64,000 nt of DNA, taken from positions 50,215 through 114,214 of the forward strand of contig NW_018406433.1 of NCBI RefSeq assembly GCF_002113885.1, written 5' to 3'. Position 1 is the stretch's first letter. Every line of letters begins with the position of its first letter. Made by a program: the position numbers and the translations under genes. This stretch comes from Mizuhopecten yessoensis (taxonomy: Eukaryota). Below, one piece after another: positions 11,742 to 26,080 of the stretch. The notes beneath the pieces are model-generated. The model ran no database searches and was not told the DNA's origin. It was given only the letters and a program-made list of their open reading frames with translations.

Positions 11742-14700
11742 ATGTTTACTGTTTCTCAGTGTTTTCCCTACTTTCAGTTTGTTCGATGCGAGTCATTTCA
11801 GCGGATTACCCATTCCGAAACACGTCTCTGTCCTATGACGAACGAGTAAGAGATTTGGTTAATAGACTTAATGTATCTGAACTCATACTTCAAATGTCGA
11901 AGGGCGGAGGAGGGAATCTCGGTGGACCGGCACCACCGATCCCCCGACTGGGTATTGGCCCTTTCCAGTGGGATAGCGAGTGTCTGAGGGGGGATGTGGG
12001 CGCAGGCAATGCGACATCGTTCCCGCAGTCAATTGGACTGGCGGCTTCTTTTAAGTAAGTATAGTTTGATTATAGACAGATGACAGTGGAGTCGACCTAC
12101 ATATATACATTTATCCTTAGTTGTTCCTACCACAATACTTTTTTTTAACAGGAAACAAACACAATTTTGTTTGTCATGACTATGCACATATTTCTTTATC
12201 AGATTGAGATATAGCCCTTGTTTTGTTAAAAGCCACTGTTCATTCATATTTCATTCACCAAGATTTTAGCCCAGTTCTGGTATTGTGTGTGACTATATAT
12301 TATGCTCATCAATTTTACTTGCAGTCCAGAGCTACTTTATGAAGTGTCTGAGGCCACTGCTGTAGAAGTACGAGCTAAGTACAACAGTTTCCGTAGAAAC
12401 AACCATTACACTGATCACACTGGTCTCAACTGCTTCAGTCCTGTCATCAATATCATGAGACACCCTCTGTGGGGACGAAATCAAGTGAGAAAAACATGTG
12501 TATTCATACTTTCAGTATATGACTTTTCTGATACAATCACAGTGCTTGCATAGACATGAGGTAACTATTTTTTCACTCAAAATTTGAAAGTTGCAGAAGA
12601 ATACTTCATACTGATAGCACATTAGATTACTTTTAAGTTTCAGATACCTAATATTTGGAGTATACAGATATAATTTGATAATACAAGATTGATCAAATGA
12701 AGTTAATATTCTGTGTATAGCAGAGTTGATATGCTAGTGTATGGAATATCAACAATGAGCTAGTATGTGGCAGTATATCACAAAATGTTTATATACTAAC
12801 AGGAAACATATGGTGAGGACCCTTACCTGTCTGGCTTGCTTGCCCAGGCTTTTGTCCACGGTCTACAGGGCCAACATTCCAAGTACAGACATGCCAATGT
12901 TGTTTGTAAACACTTTGCAGCATACAGTGGGCCAGAGAATCGGCCAATCTCACGTCTTCGCTTCGATGCTGAGGTGAGAGACATTTCTCAAGTTTAATAC
13001 AAGAACTAGATAGTTTACCTGGGAAGACTCATCATTGTTGAGCACTTCCAGTACAACAATTAAAAATATTTGGAAAGGACAGATTACCCTGTTCCTAATA
13101 AAGAACATTTTACTTTGTTTCTCAGGTAAAGGAGCGTGACCTTCGGCTGACCTTTCTGCCCCAGTTTGAGGCCTGTGTGAAGGCTGGGGCTGGGGGCATC
13201 ATGTGCAGCTACAACAGGTACGAGGTATCTCTAACCTTTATCTGGAATTCAGTCTTGGTTGTTATTGGAATCGTCTAATGAAAACTATATCTAGTCAGTA
13301 ATGTTTAACCAAGTTTGCTTCTTATTATAAATGAATTTGTTAATTATGCTTGTACTGTATACCATTTGGAAAAATAAAATAGGTCACAATCACGCATGAT
13401 ACAGGTTTTGCTCAATGATATCTGTATTCCTTGCCATAATACAGCTTCAGAGGGTCAGTAGAGGCTATCTGTATGATGTCATATTACATTTGTAAGCATA
13501 AACATGCTCTCTGTAGATACATGTTTGTTACTGTTGTTAAATAAATTATTAGGTCATTCAGTGATTTCTGTTGCCATGTTACAGTTGTAGAGGTCATTAA
13601 GTGTTGTCTGTGTGTTGCTATATTACAATTATATATAATTATAGGTAGGAGGGGGGAGGGGTCATCGAGTGCCATGAATTAGGGTTAACAATGTGATGCT
13701 GTTTTTATGTTGCCAGCGTTAATGGTGTACCATCCTGCACCAATAAGAAGCTGTTGACGGACATTTTGAGGAAGGAGTGGGGATTTGAGGGGTTTGTGGT
13801 CAGTGATGCGGGAGCTGTGCAGTTCATCATGCTTGATCACATGTATTACCCTGATGCCATGACTACTGCTGTAGGATGTGCTGAAGCTGGTCTCAACCTG
13901 GAACTCTCTCCAAGTGGATTTATCTACAGGACACAAATCTTCAGTTATCTTTTCAAGGCTCTAAAGATGGGCTTGATTACCAAGCAGCTGCTGGTTGACA
14001 GGGTTAAACCGTTATTTATGACCAGAATGAGGCTGGGAGAGTTTGATCCACCTGCAATGAACCCTGACAATAAACTTAACCTGTCTGTCATCCAAAGCCC
14101 GGAACACAGAGAATTGGCCATTAAGGCGGCTACGCAGTCTTTTGTTTTATTGAAAAACACCAAGGGTTTCCTACCAATCAGAACACAGCTAACAACGATA
14201 GCAGTAAGTTTTGGGTTATATTTTCTTCAATTGCAGATCAGTTACAGACCTTATTCTACGTGAAATTATACATATTAAACAAACATTTAACAGAGTCTCA
14301 CAACTAATTACTACTCACGGGTAGCTTTCGGCGACCTCCTGGTTGCCTTCTTCAGCCCATACCGAAATCAGTAGGGGGCTTCAGACTAGTCTGGTGATTC
14401 TTCAGTCATGTGACCTGGGGATTATCCCAGAAATTATGCACTTCATCATTTATAAACACTTTCAAAACAGTTGTTTGAGAACTTAAGTTATTCAATAACA
14501 AAATTTCCACTTCCGTTTCATGTATGTAAGTAATCTTAGTGAAAAAGTGGTCTCCAGATTGTAGGTCCTATGGCTGACAACCCATCACAATTGATGGGTG
14601 ACTATTCTCCTGACGTAGATCCAAGGTTTATGACAACACCAAGACGTGGCTTATCTCCCCTTGCTGTGAAATCTTTGTATATAGCAGGTTGTAATGACAT

Positions 14701-17700
14701 TGCCTGTGACAGATATGACCAGTCAGGGGTCAAGGCCACAGTTTCTGAGGCAGAAGTTACAATTGTTTGTCTGGGAACAGGTAAGTACTTCTCTGTCATC
14801 TCACAAGACAAACACTGCTGATGGATTTAGAAAAAACATATGTATCATTTTGCCTAAACTTTTATTCCTTTTTTCCTTTTTTATCATTACATATCTTTGT
14901 AGTATTTAATTTGGTTTCATCATTCTGCCTGATATATCTGGATATGTAGCCACCGTTAGTTGTGTCAGTGTTTTGTTAACTACTGTAGGAAAAGCATTGG
15001 AGACCGAGACAATGGACCGTCCTGACATGTCGCTACCTATCGGCCAGATCCAGCTTCTCAAGGATGCTGTACACTATGGTAGGCATAATGCACGGTAACA
15101 AAACATCACTCTGTGTTGTCTACCCCTAATCTTAGTGAAGGTGTAACTTGATGACATTGTGTGTTACTCCCCAACCTAACTCTAAGTGAAAGTGTAACTT
15201 GATGACATTGTGTGTTACTCCCCCAACCTTACTCTAAGTGAAGGTGTAACTTGGTGACATTGTGTGTTACTCCCCAAACCTTACTCTTAATGAAAGTGTA
15301 ACTTGATGACATTGTGTGTTACTCCCCAAACCTTACTCTAAGTGAAGGTGTAACTTGATGACATTGTGTGTTACTCCCCCAACCTTACTCTTAGTGAAAG
15401 TGTAACTTGATGACATTGTGTGTTACTCCCCAAACCTTACTCTAAGTGAAGGTGTAACTTGATGACATTGTGTGTTACTCCCCAAACCTTTCTCTAAGTG
15501 AAGGTGTAACTTGATGACATTGTGTGTTACTCCGCCAACCTTACTCTAAGTGAAAGTGTAACTTGATGACATTGTGTGTTACTCCCCACCTCACCTTAAG
15601 TCAGGTGTAATTTGATTACAATGTGTGTTGCCACCATCCATTGCAGTCCATCTGGGACTTGGTGACAATATGGTTCAGTTATCTAGTTTATACATGCAAA
15701 TTTGTATTAGTAATTGGTGAAGAATTTGATAGTCAATATATATTTTTGTACTTGCATGACATTTTTCCTGATTACCTTTAGGAAGAGGGAAGGTGGTGCT
15801 GCTGCTGTTCAGTGCTGGGCCGGTCGACGTGCGATTCGCCCAGACATCTCCAGAGGTAGTGGCCATCATACAATGCTTCTTCCCAGCCCAGGCAACAGGT
15901 ATTGCTCTCTACAATGTCCTCACCTTCGCCACACCAGACAGTAATCCCTCAGGCAGGCTGCCATATACTTGGTACTCAGATATGAGCCAGGTAAGTTGGT
16001 TTATGACATAGCTGACTGTCATGCCAATATTAGTAACTATGTACTAGGCTATGAGCTGGGTTGATTTAGACATGGGTGGGAGTGACCTTGTCAGGATCAG
16101 ACTCTGATAATTGGAATGATGATACGTGAATGGTACTTGTTTACGTAATAGATGGTTATTTTATATTTTGTCATTCTCTGAGTATAATTATATTTAAAGC
16201 ATGCTACAGTGTAAATTATCATGTATGTTTTGTTCTCGGGAAGTAATTTGTACCCCTGTTATGATGATATCCTCAGAACATACCAATAAACTGTTTTAGG
16301 ACTATCATCAAACACCATCTCAGATAACACTGCAATGTCACGGTCTGGAACACTGCAATAATGTCCGTCTATGAAAAAATATGACAGACTTGGGCTCTGT
16401 GATGCTTTTAACACGCTGAAACAATGTGATAGACTTAAGCTCTGTGATGCTTTTAACACGCTGAAACAATGTGACAGACTTGGGCTCTGTGATGCTTTTA
16501 ACACACTGACACAACGTGACAGACTTGGGCTCTGCGATGATTTTAACACGCTGAAACAATGTGACAGACTTGGGCTCTGCAATGATTTTAACACGCTGAA
16601 ACAATGTGACAGACTTGGGCTCTGTGATGCTTTTAACACGCTGAAACAATGTGATAGACTTAGGCTCTGCGATGATTTTAACACGCTGAAACAATGTGAT
16701 AGACTTGGGCTCTGTGATGCTTTTAACACGCTGAAACAATGTGACAAACTTGGGCTCTGTGATGCTTTTAACACGCTGAAACAATGTGATAGACTTGGGC
16801 TCTGTGATGCTTTTACCACGCTGAAACAACGTGACAGACTTGGGCTCTGTGATGCTTTTACCACGCTGAAACAATGTGATAGACTTGGGCTCTGCGATGC
16901 TTTTAACACGCTGAAACAATGTGACAGACTTAGGCTTTGCGATGATTTTAACACGCTGAGACAATGTGACAGACTTGGAAACTGCAATTATGTCATTCAC
17001 TGCAAAATGACACGGTTTAGAGAAAGTGAAAGACTGGTGAACAGCTACACTGAATTCCCTTATCACTGGAGTATCTGATTAAATAAAATAAATAAGCTAT
17101 AATCTTTAATGTGATTATTACATTTACTAGGTTGCCTCCATGACAGACTACAGTATGACCAATATGACATACAGGTATTTCTCTGGGAACCCGCTGTATC
17201 CCTATGGCTATGGCCTGTCCTACACAGTCTTCAAATACAGCCAGCTGATTATCTCACCAGTCAAGGTCAAGGTCGGGAGGAATGTCACAGTAACATTCAA
17301 TGTCACCAACACTGGGAAATACGAAGGAGCAGAGGTAAGACAAAGAGATAAGCAAACCAGTGATATGTGTAATACATCAGTGATATGTGTAATACATCAG
17401 TGATATGTGTTATACATCAGTGATAAGTGTAATACATCAGTGATGAGTACAATACTCCAGTGATATGTGTAATACATCTGTGATATGTGTTATACATCAG
17501 TGATATGTGTTATACATCAGTGATATGTGTAATACATCAGTGATATGTGTAATACATCAGTGATATGTGTAATACATCAGTGATATGTGTAATACATCAG
17601 TGATATGTGTAATACATCAGTGATATGTGTAATACATCAGTGATATGTGTAATACATCAGTGATATGTGTAATACATCAGTGATATGTGTAATACATCAG

Positions 17701-19130
17701 TGATATGTGTAATACATCAGTGATATGTGTAATACATCAGTGATATGTGTAATACATCAGTGATATGTGTAATACATCAGTGATATGTGTAATACATCAG
17801 TGATATGTGTAATACATCAGTGATATGTGTAATACATCAGTGATATGTGTAATACATCAGTGATATGTGTAATACATCAGTGATATGTGTAATACATCAG
17901 TGATATGTGTAATACATCAGTGATATGTGTAATACATCAGTGATATGTGTAATACATCAGTGATATGTGTAATACATCAGTGATATGTGTAATACATCAG
18001 TGATATGTGTAATACATCAGTGATATGTGTAATACATCAGTGATATGTGTAATACATCAGTGATATGTGTAATACATCAGTGATATGTGTAATACATCAG
18101 TGATATGTGTAATACATCAGTGATATGTGTAATACATCAGTGATATGTGTAATACATCAGTGATATGTGTAATACATCAGTGATATGTGTAATACATCAG
18201 TGATATGTGTAATACATCAGTGATATGTGTAATACATCAGTGATATGTGTAATACATCAGTGATATGTGTAATACATCAGTGATATGTGTTATAACCCAG
18301 CAATAATTACAATACTTCAGTGATAAGTATAATTCTGCAGTGATTAGTGTAATACTTTGTTTCTTTTCTAAATCCACCAGTTCACTTTGAATTCTCTTAA
18401 CTGCATGAATGTTATCATGTTAATCTGAAATGATGTCGGACAACATATTTGACTATAAAGGAAGGAGGGTTAGGATGTATAAACCTATCAACCCTTCACT
18501 AATAAATCACCCAAGTCTGTCACTGTAATGATGTGTGTGGTAACATTGTTTGGATGATGTGTGCAGGTTTCCCAGGTATACATATCGTGGCAGAGTGGGA
18601 CTGACATGCCTCAGCACCAGCTAGTGGGGACTAGAAGGCCGCACTTGATTCCAGGCCAGACTACACCCTGTAGTGTCACTATCATTGCCCAGCAAACAGC
18701 AGTGTGGGATGGGAGAGGCCTAGTAGATAAACCAGGTAAATCTCTCACCAACAAGTTAACTAATCCAGAAACCTTACTTTATAAATATGATTAATAGAGG
18801 CTGTCATTATGAAAGTGTGTGTTATATGGATATATTGGATAAAACAGGACTTTGGCAATTCAAAATCAGCACTAAATATGGCTAAATTTCTAGATGGTGT
18901 ATTCTCAAATAAGATCATCTTTGAAAAGAGCAGAAAAAAAACACAGAATACCAGAGATATACTTCCATTGTTATATAAATATCAATCAAGTTTTCAAAGA
19001 AAGCTTTATACAGGTCTGATCTTATCATTCTTCAGGTGTTATAACTGTTAACGTCGGTGGTCAGCTGCCAGGACAAAAGACAATGGTGCCGTCCAACATT
19101 CTAACAGGACACTTTACAGTATACAGCTGA
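11735..19130 (+). CDS. Glycoside hydrolase family 3 beta-D-xylosidase/beta-glucosidase-like secreted enzyme, 739 aa, 11 exons
   Basis: Exons 11735-12054, 12325-12484, 12803-12973, 13126-13217, 13717-14203, 14558-14780, 14989-15078, 15782-15990, 17131-17334, 18567-18735, 19036-19130. All introns are GT-AG with consistent phases; total 2220 nt. Motifs: signal peptide, ATSFPQSIGLAASF, RHPLWGRNQETYGEDP, CKHF, IMCSYN, WGFEGFVVSD (nucleophile), ETETMDR (acid/base region), NPSGRLPYTWY, YPYGYGLSY, C-terminal Fn3-like domain. Confidence 0.93.
15134..15620. repeat. ~52-bp minisatellite in GH3 intron 7
   Basis: About 9 tandem copies of agtgaaggtgtaacttgatgacattgtgtgttactccccaaaccttactcta. Confidence 0.9.
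16375..16980. repeat. 45-bp minisatellite in GH3 intron 8
   Basis: About 13 copies of gacagacttgggctctgtgatgcttttaacacgctgaaacaatgt. The unit is a multiple of 3, which explains the spurious ORFs on both strands. Confidence 0.92.
17358..18340. repeat. 20-bp minisatellite in GH3 intron 9
   Basis: (cagtgatatgtgtaatacat)n, about 48 copies, central part perfect; begins about 23 bp after the exon 9 donor. Confidence 0.95.
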
Positions 19131-22100
19131 TGATGTCATACTGGGTTAAAATGACACAGTATACAGCTGAGGATGTCATACTGGGTTATTGTGACATGGT
19201 ATACAGCTGAGGATGTCATACTGGGTTATAATGACACCGTATACAGCTAAGGTTGTCATACTGGGCTATAATGACACAGTATACAGCTAAGGTTGTCATA
19301 CTGGCTTATTGTGACATGGTATATAGCTGAGGATGTCACACTGGCTGGGTTATTGTGACATGGTATACAGCTGAGCATGTCATACTGGGTTAATGTGACA
19401 TGGTATCCAGCTGAAGATGTCATACTGGGTTATTGTGACACAGTATACAGCTGAGGATTTCATACTGGGTTATTGTGACATGGTATATAGCTGAGGATGT
19501 CATACTGGGTTATAGTGAAACAGTATACAGCTGAGGATGTCATACTGGGCTATAATGACACAGTATACAGCTAAGGTTGTCATACTGGCTTATTGTGACT
19601 TGGATTTTAGTTGAGGATGTCATACTGGGTTATTGTGACATGGGATACAGCTGAGGATGTCATACTGGGTTAATGTGACATGGTGTACAGCTGAAGATGT
19701 CATACTGGGTTATTGTGACACAGTATACGGCTGAGAATGTCATACTGGGTTATTGTGACATGGTATACAGCTGAGGATGTCATACTGGGTTAATGTGACA
19801 TGGTATACAGCTGAAGATGTCATACTGGGTTATTGTGACACAGTATACAGCTGAGAATGTCATACTGGGTTATTGTGACATGGTATATAGCTGAGGATGT
19901 CACACTGGGTTATAGCGACATGGTATACAGCTGAGGATGACATACTGGGTTGTAGTGACACAGTATACAGCACAGCTGAGGGTGACATACTGGGTTATAG
20001 TGACATGGTCTATAGCTGAGGATGTCATACTGGGTTATTGTGACATGGTACACAGCTGAGGATGTCATACTGGGTTATTGTGACATGGGATACAGCTGAG
20101 GATGTCATACTGGGTTATTGATACTGGGTTATAGTGACACAGTATACAGCTGATGATGTCATACTGGGTAATAGTGACACAGTATACAGCTGAGGATGAC
20201 ATACTGGGTTGTAGTGACACAGTATACAGCTGAGGATGACATACTGGGTTGTAGTGACACAGTATACAGCTGAGGATGTCATTCTGGGTTAGGATGTCAT
20301 ACTGGGTTATTGTGACACAGTATACGGCTGAGAATGTCATACTGGGTTATTGTGACATGGTATAAAGCTGAGGATGTCATACTGGGTTATTGTGAATGTC
20401 ATACTGGGTTAATGTGACATGGTATACAGATGCAGAAGTCATACTGGGTTATTGTGACTCAGTATACAGCTGAGAATGTCATACTGGGTTATTGTGACAT
20501 GGTATATAGCTTAGGATGTCATAATGGGTTATTGTGACACAGTATACAGCTGTGGATGTCATACTGGGTTAATGTGACATGTATACAGCTGAAGATGTCA
20601 TACTGGGTTCTTGTGACAGAGTATACAGCTGAGAATGTCATACTGGGTTATTGTATATGTGTTATACATCAGTGATAATGTGTAATACATCAGTGATGTA
20701 TAACACATATCACTGGAGTATTACACATATCACTGATGTATTACACATATCGCAGATGTATTACACATATCACTGATGTATTACACATATCACAGATGTA
20801 TTACACATATCACTGATGTATTACACATATCACAGTATGACATTCTCAGCTGTATACTGAGTCACAATAACCCAGTATGACTTCTGCATCTGTATACCAT
20901 GTCACATTAACCCAGTATGACATCCACAGCTGTATACTGTGTCACAATAACCCAATAACCCAGTATGACATCCTCAGCTTTATACCATGTCACAATAACC
21001 CAGTATGAAATCCTCAGCTGTATACTGTGTCACAATAATCCAGTATGACATCCTCAGCTGTATACCGTGTCACAATAACCCAGTATGACATCCTGCGCTG
21101 TATACCATGTCACAATAACCCAGTAAGATATCCTCAGCTGTATACTGTGTCACTATTCCCCAGTATGACATCCTCAGCTGTATACAATGTCACAATAACC
21201 CAGTATGACATCCTCAGTTGTATACTGTGTCACTATAACCCAGTATACAGCTAAGGTTGTCATACTGGCTTATTGTGACATGGTATATAGCTGAGGATGT
21301 CATAATGGGTGATTGTGACACAGTATACAGCTGAGGATGTCGGACTGGGTTATAGTGACACAGTATACAGCTAAGGTTGTCATACTGGGTTATAGTGACA
21401 CAGTATACAGCTGAGGATGACATAATGGGTTATAGTGACACAGTATACAGCTGAGGATGTCATACTGGGTAATAGTGACACAGTATACAGCTGAGGATGT
21501 CTTACTGGGTTATTGTGACATGGTATACAGCTGAGGATGTCATACTGGGTTATAGTGACACAGTATACAGCTGAGGATTTCATAATGGGTTATTGTGACA
21601 TGGTATATAGCTGAGGATGTCATAATGGGTGATTGTGACACAGTATACAGCTGAGGATTTCATACTGGGTTATTGTGACATGGTATACAGCTGAGGATGT
21701 CATACTGGGTTATTGTGACATGGTATACAGCTGAGGATGTCATACTGGGTTATAGTGACACAGTATACAGCTGAGGATGTCATACTGGGTTATTGTGACA
21801 CAGTATACAGCTGAGGATGTCATACTGGGTTATAGTGACACAGTATACAGCTGAGGATGTCATACTGGGTTATTGTGACACAGTATACAGCTGAGGATGT
21901 CATACTGGGTTATAGTGACACAGTATACAGCTGAGGATGTCATACTGGGTTATTGTGACACAGTATACAGCTGAGGATGTCATACTGGGTTATAGTGACA
22001 CAGTATACAGCTGAGGATGTCATACTGGGTTATTGTGACACAGTATACAGCTGAGGATGTCATACTGGGTTATAGTGACACAGTATACAGCTGAGGATGT

Positions 22101-22647
22101 CATACTGGGTTATTGTGACACAGTATACAGCTGAGGATGTCATACTGGGTTATAGTGACACAGTATACAGCTGAGGATGTCATACTGGGTTATTGTGACA
22201 CAGTATACAGCTGAGGATGTCATACTGGGTTATAGTGACACAGTATACAGCTGAGGATGTCATACTGGGTTATTGTGACACAGTATACAGCTGAGGATGT
22301 CATACTGGGTTATAGTGACACAGTATACAGCTGAGGATGTCATACTGGGTTATTGTGACACAGTATACAGCTGAGGATGTCATACTGGGTTATAGTGACA
22401 CAGTATACAGCTGAGGATGTCATACTGGGTTATTGTGACACAGTATACAGCTGAGGATGTCATACTGGGTTATAGTGACACAGTATACAGCTGAGGATGT
22501 CATACTGAGTTATTGTGACATGGTATACAGCTGAGGATGTCATACTTGGTTATAGCAACACAGTATACAGCTGAGGATGTCATACTGGGTTATAGTGATA
22601 CAGTTTACAGCTGAGGATGTCATACTGGGTTATTGTGACATGGTATA
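19116..22647. repeat. 40-bp minisatellite starting in the GH3 last exon, with an internal inversion, running into the gap
   Basis: (acagtatacagctgaggatgtcatactgggttattgtgac)n; inverted block at about 20695-21241; 80-bp alternating dimer at about 21730-22500. Confidence 0.95.
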
Positions 22648-23149
22648 NNNNNNNNNNNNNNNNNNNNNNNNNNNNNNNNNNNNNNNNNNNNNNNNNNNNN
22701 NNNNNNNNNNNNNNNNNNNNNNNNNNNNNNNNNNNNNNNNNNNNNNNNNNNNNNNNNNNNNNNNNNNNNNNNNNNNNNNNNNNNNNNNNNNNNNNNNNNN
22801 NNNNNNNNNNNNNNNNNNNNNNNNNNNNNNNNNNNNNNNNNNNNNNNNNNNNNNNNNNNNNNNNNNNNNNNNNNNNNNNNNNNNNNNNNNNNNNNNNNNN
22901 NNNNNNNNNNNNNNNNNNNNNNNNNNNNNNNNNNNNNNNNNNNNNNNNNNNNNNNNNNNNNNNNNNNNNNNNNNNNNNNNNNNNNNNNNNNNNNNNNNNN
23001 NNNNNNNNNNNNNNNNNNNNNNNNNNNNNNNNNNNNNNNNNNNNNNNNNNNNNNNNNNNNNNNNNNNNNNNNNNNNNNNNNNNNNNNNNNNNNNNNNNNN
23101 NNNNNNNNNNNNNNNNNNNNNNNNNNNNNNNNNNNNNNNNNNNNNNNNN
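22648..23149. other. Assembly gap (502 N)
   Basis: Run of N. Confidence 1.
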
Positions 23150-23909
23150 CTAGCAGCACTCAGTCGCGCGGAGCTGGAAGTAGTCGCGCCGATATGCGTA
23201 GACTTTTTGGGAGGAGGGTCGGGGTAGTTGGACATCTCTGATAGTTTGGTGAACTTGAAGCCTTTGCCTTTGGTGTCTCGCACGATAATACGGCCATCAC
23301 GGGTGTATGCACGGTCAAAAGCACCAATACTTTTGAGATGTCGGGCCTTGGCAAATACAGCTGCACGCTGCTTGGTTAGTGCTTCATTAACATAGAATGG
23401 CGGTGGGACTGATGATGAAATGGATTCGGATGAGTCAGATTCCCTCCTTAAACCGAACACGGCAGATCTTGCCTGATATATCTCCGCTCGCGTGCGGTAC
23501 GATATAAATCGCACGATGATGTCGCGTGCAGGGCGATCAGCGGAATAGGGCCCAGCTGGTACCCTGTGGGATCTACTAATGTCTTCCTTGGTCACCATTA
23601 CACCCAATGAGTCGTTACATGCGCTTACAATTAAATCATCGGTATCTTCACCGCTACTTTCAGATATACCTCGAAATTTGAGACATGTTCTTCTAGAGTA
23701 TTGTTCCGCGTCGTCTACTCGTTCCTCTAGGGCAGCTATTTTAGCAGCCATGTCCGATATACCAAGTTGCGCCATCAGCGCACTCTTAAAAAGTTTTGAG
23801 TCCATTAATTGGGTAACAACCTCCTGAATCAGTGAATGACAGCGGGGTCGTCAATGGATTGGATCGCCTCGACACCTTTACGAATCTTATTGGATAACAC
23901 CGTAGCCAT
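23150..23909 (-). mobile_element. Non-LTR retrotransposon (CR1/L2-group) ORF1-like sequence, truncated by the gap and probably frameshifted near its 5' end
   Basis: Coiled coil followed by EQYSRRTCLKFRGISE...DISRSHRV...DIIVRF...FYVNEALTKQR...AYTRDGRIIVR, typical of the ORF1 RRM/CTD (L1-transposase-like) family. An upstream frame from ATG 23909 (MATVLSNKIRK...DDPAVI) shifts frame near 23835 into LIQEVVTQLMDSK. Confidence 0.75.
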
Positions 23910-24289
23910 AATAACAATCTTGTAGATAGAGAAAATATATAATAATTGTTCGTCAAGATTCAAGATGGCGACCAACAATGTACACGATGACCAGACAAAA
24001 AACATCTATAAAGTCTCCAGAGCACACATTTGACATAAATCACTCAGATATCCTATGCATTTTTGTCTATAGATGGTACATGAAAGTCAAAGTATTGGAA
24101 TGCACATACTCTTAGCCATTGATGGCGGTGATTCCACTTCGGATAAGGTCAGACCATTTTAACACGTCCTGGTCAGTCAACCGGATGTCAGTTTTTTTCG
24201 GGGTTTTCAATAGACCCTTCAGATAATGTATTGACTCCCTAAAATGATCTTTGACTCTTGACTCTTGAGTTCTGAGTATGAACCTGTCA

Positions 24290-26080
24290 AGTACCAGTGG
24301 TAGTGGTATATTACTGTCATGTGTACATGTTGATTACCAGTGGTAGTGGTATATTACTATTGTATATACCTTGAGTATCAGTTGAGTGGTATATTACTAT
24401 TGTATATACCTTGAGTATCAGTGGAGTGGTATATTACTATTGTATATACCTTGAGCAACAGTGGAGTGGTATATTACTATATACGTTGAGTATCAGTGGA
24501 GTGGTATATTACTATTGTATATGCCTTGAGCAACAGTAGAGTGGTATATTACTATTGTAGATACCTTGAGCAACAGTGGAGTGGTATATTACTATCTTGG
24601 TTGAGTATCAGCGGAGTGTTATATTACTATATACGTTGAGTATCAGCGGAGTGGTATATTACTACGTTGATTATCAGTGGAGTGGTATATTACTATATAC
24701 GTTGAGTATCAGCGGAGTGGAATATTACTATATACGTTGAGTATCAGCGGAGTGGTATATTACTATATACATTGAGTATCAGTGGAGTGGTATATTACAA
24801 TATACGTTGATTATCAATGGAGTGGTATATTACTATATACGTTGAGTATCAGCGGAGTGGTATTTTACTATATACGTTGAGTATCAGCGGAGTGGTATAT
24901 TAATATATACGTTGAGTATCAGCGGATTGGTATATTACTATATACGTTGAGTATCAGTGGAGTGGTATATTACTATATACGTTGAGTATCAGCGGAGTGG
25001 TATATTAATATATACGTTGCGTATCAGCGGATTGGTATATTACTATATACGTTGAGTATCAGCGGAGTGTTATATTACTATATACGTTGAGTATCAGCGG
25101 AGTGTTATATTACTATATACGTTGAGTATCAGCGGAGAGGTATATTAATATATACGTTGAGTATCAGCGGAGTGGTATATTAATATATACGTTGAGTATC
25201 AGTGGAGTGGTATATTACTATCTACCTTGAGTATCAGCGGAGTGGTATATTACTATACACGTTGAGTATCAGCGGAGTGGTATATTTCTATATACGGTGA
25301 GTATCAGTACAGTGGTATATATCAGTGGAGTGGTATATTACTATATACGTTGAGAATCAGCGGAGTGGTATATTACTATACACGTTGAGTATCAGCGGAG
25401 TGGTATATTACTATATACGTTGAGTATCAGCGGAGTGGTATATTACTATATACCTTGAGTATCAGTTGAGTGGTATATTACTTTATACGTTGAGTATCAG
25501 TGGAGTGGTATATTACTATATACGGTGAGTATCAGTGGAGTGGTTTATTACTATATACGTTGAGAATCAGTAGAGTGGTATATATCAGTGGAGTGGTATA
25601 TTACTATATACGTTAAGTATCAGCGGAGTGGTATATTCCTATATATGTTGAGTATCAGCGGAGTGGTATATTACTAAATACGTTGAGTATCAGCATAGTG
25701 GTATATTACTATATACGTTGAGTATCAGCGGAGGGGTATATTACTATATACGTTGAGTATCAGTGGAGGGGCATATTACTATATACGTTGAGTATCAGCA
25801 GAGTGGTATATTACTATATACGTTGATTATCAGCGGAATGGTATATTACTATATACGTTGAGTATCAGTGGAGTGGTATATTACTATATACGTTGAGTAT
25901 CAGTGGAGTGGTATATTACTATATACGTTGAGTATCAGTGGAGTGGTATATTACTATATACGTTGAGTATCAGTGGAGTGGTATATTACTATATACGTTG
26001 AGTATCAGCAGAGTGGTATATTACTATATACGTTGAGTATCAGCAGAGTGGTATATTACTATATACGTTGAGTATCAGTG
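24290..26080. repeat. ~32-bp minisatellite
   Basis: (gttgagtatcagcggagtggtatattactatatac)-type units, about 50 copies. Confidence 0.92.

Noticed and set aside
16259-17078. 235-242-aa repetitive Cys-rich ORFs
   Set aside because: 45-bp intronic minisatellite; the GH3 exons on either side join in phase without it.
11735-19130. Bacterial/fungal contamination or recent horizontal transfer of the GH3 gene
   Set aside because: Ten canonical introns containing host-type repeats, and contiguity with animal genes and TEs.
22577-23227. ORFs spanning 22577-23227 and the poly-X tail of the 391-aa ORF
   Set aside because: Artefacts of translating through the N gap.
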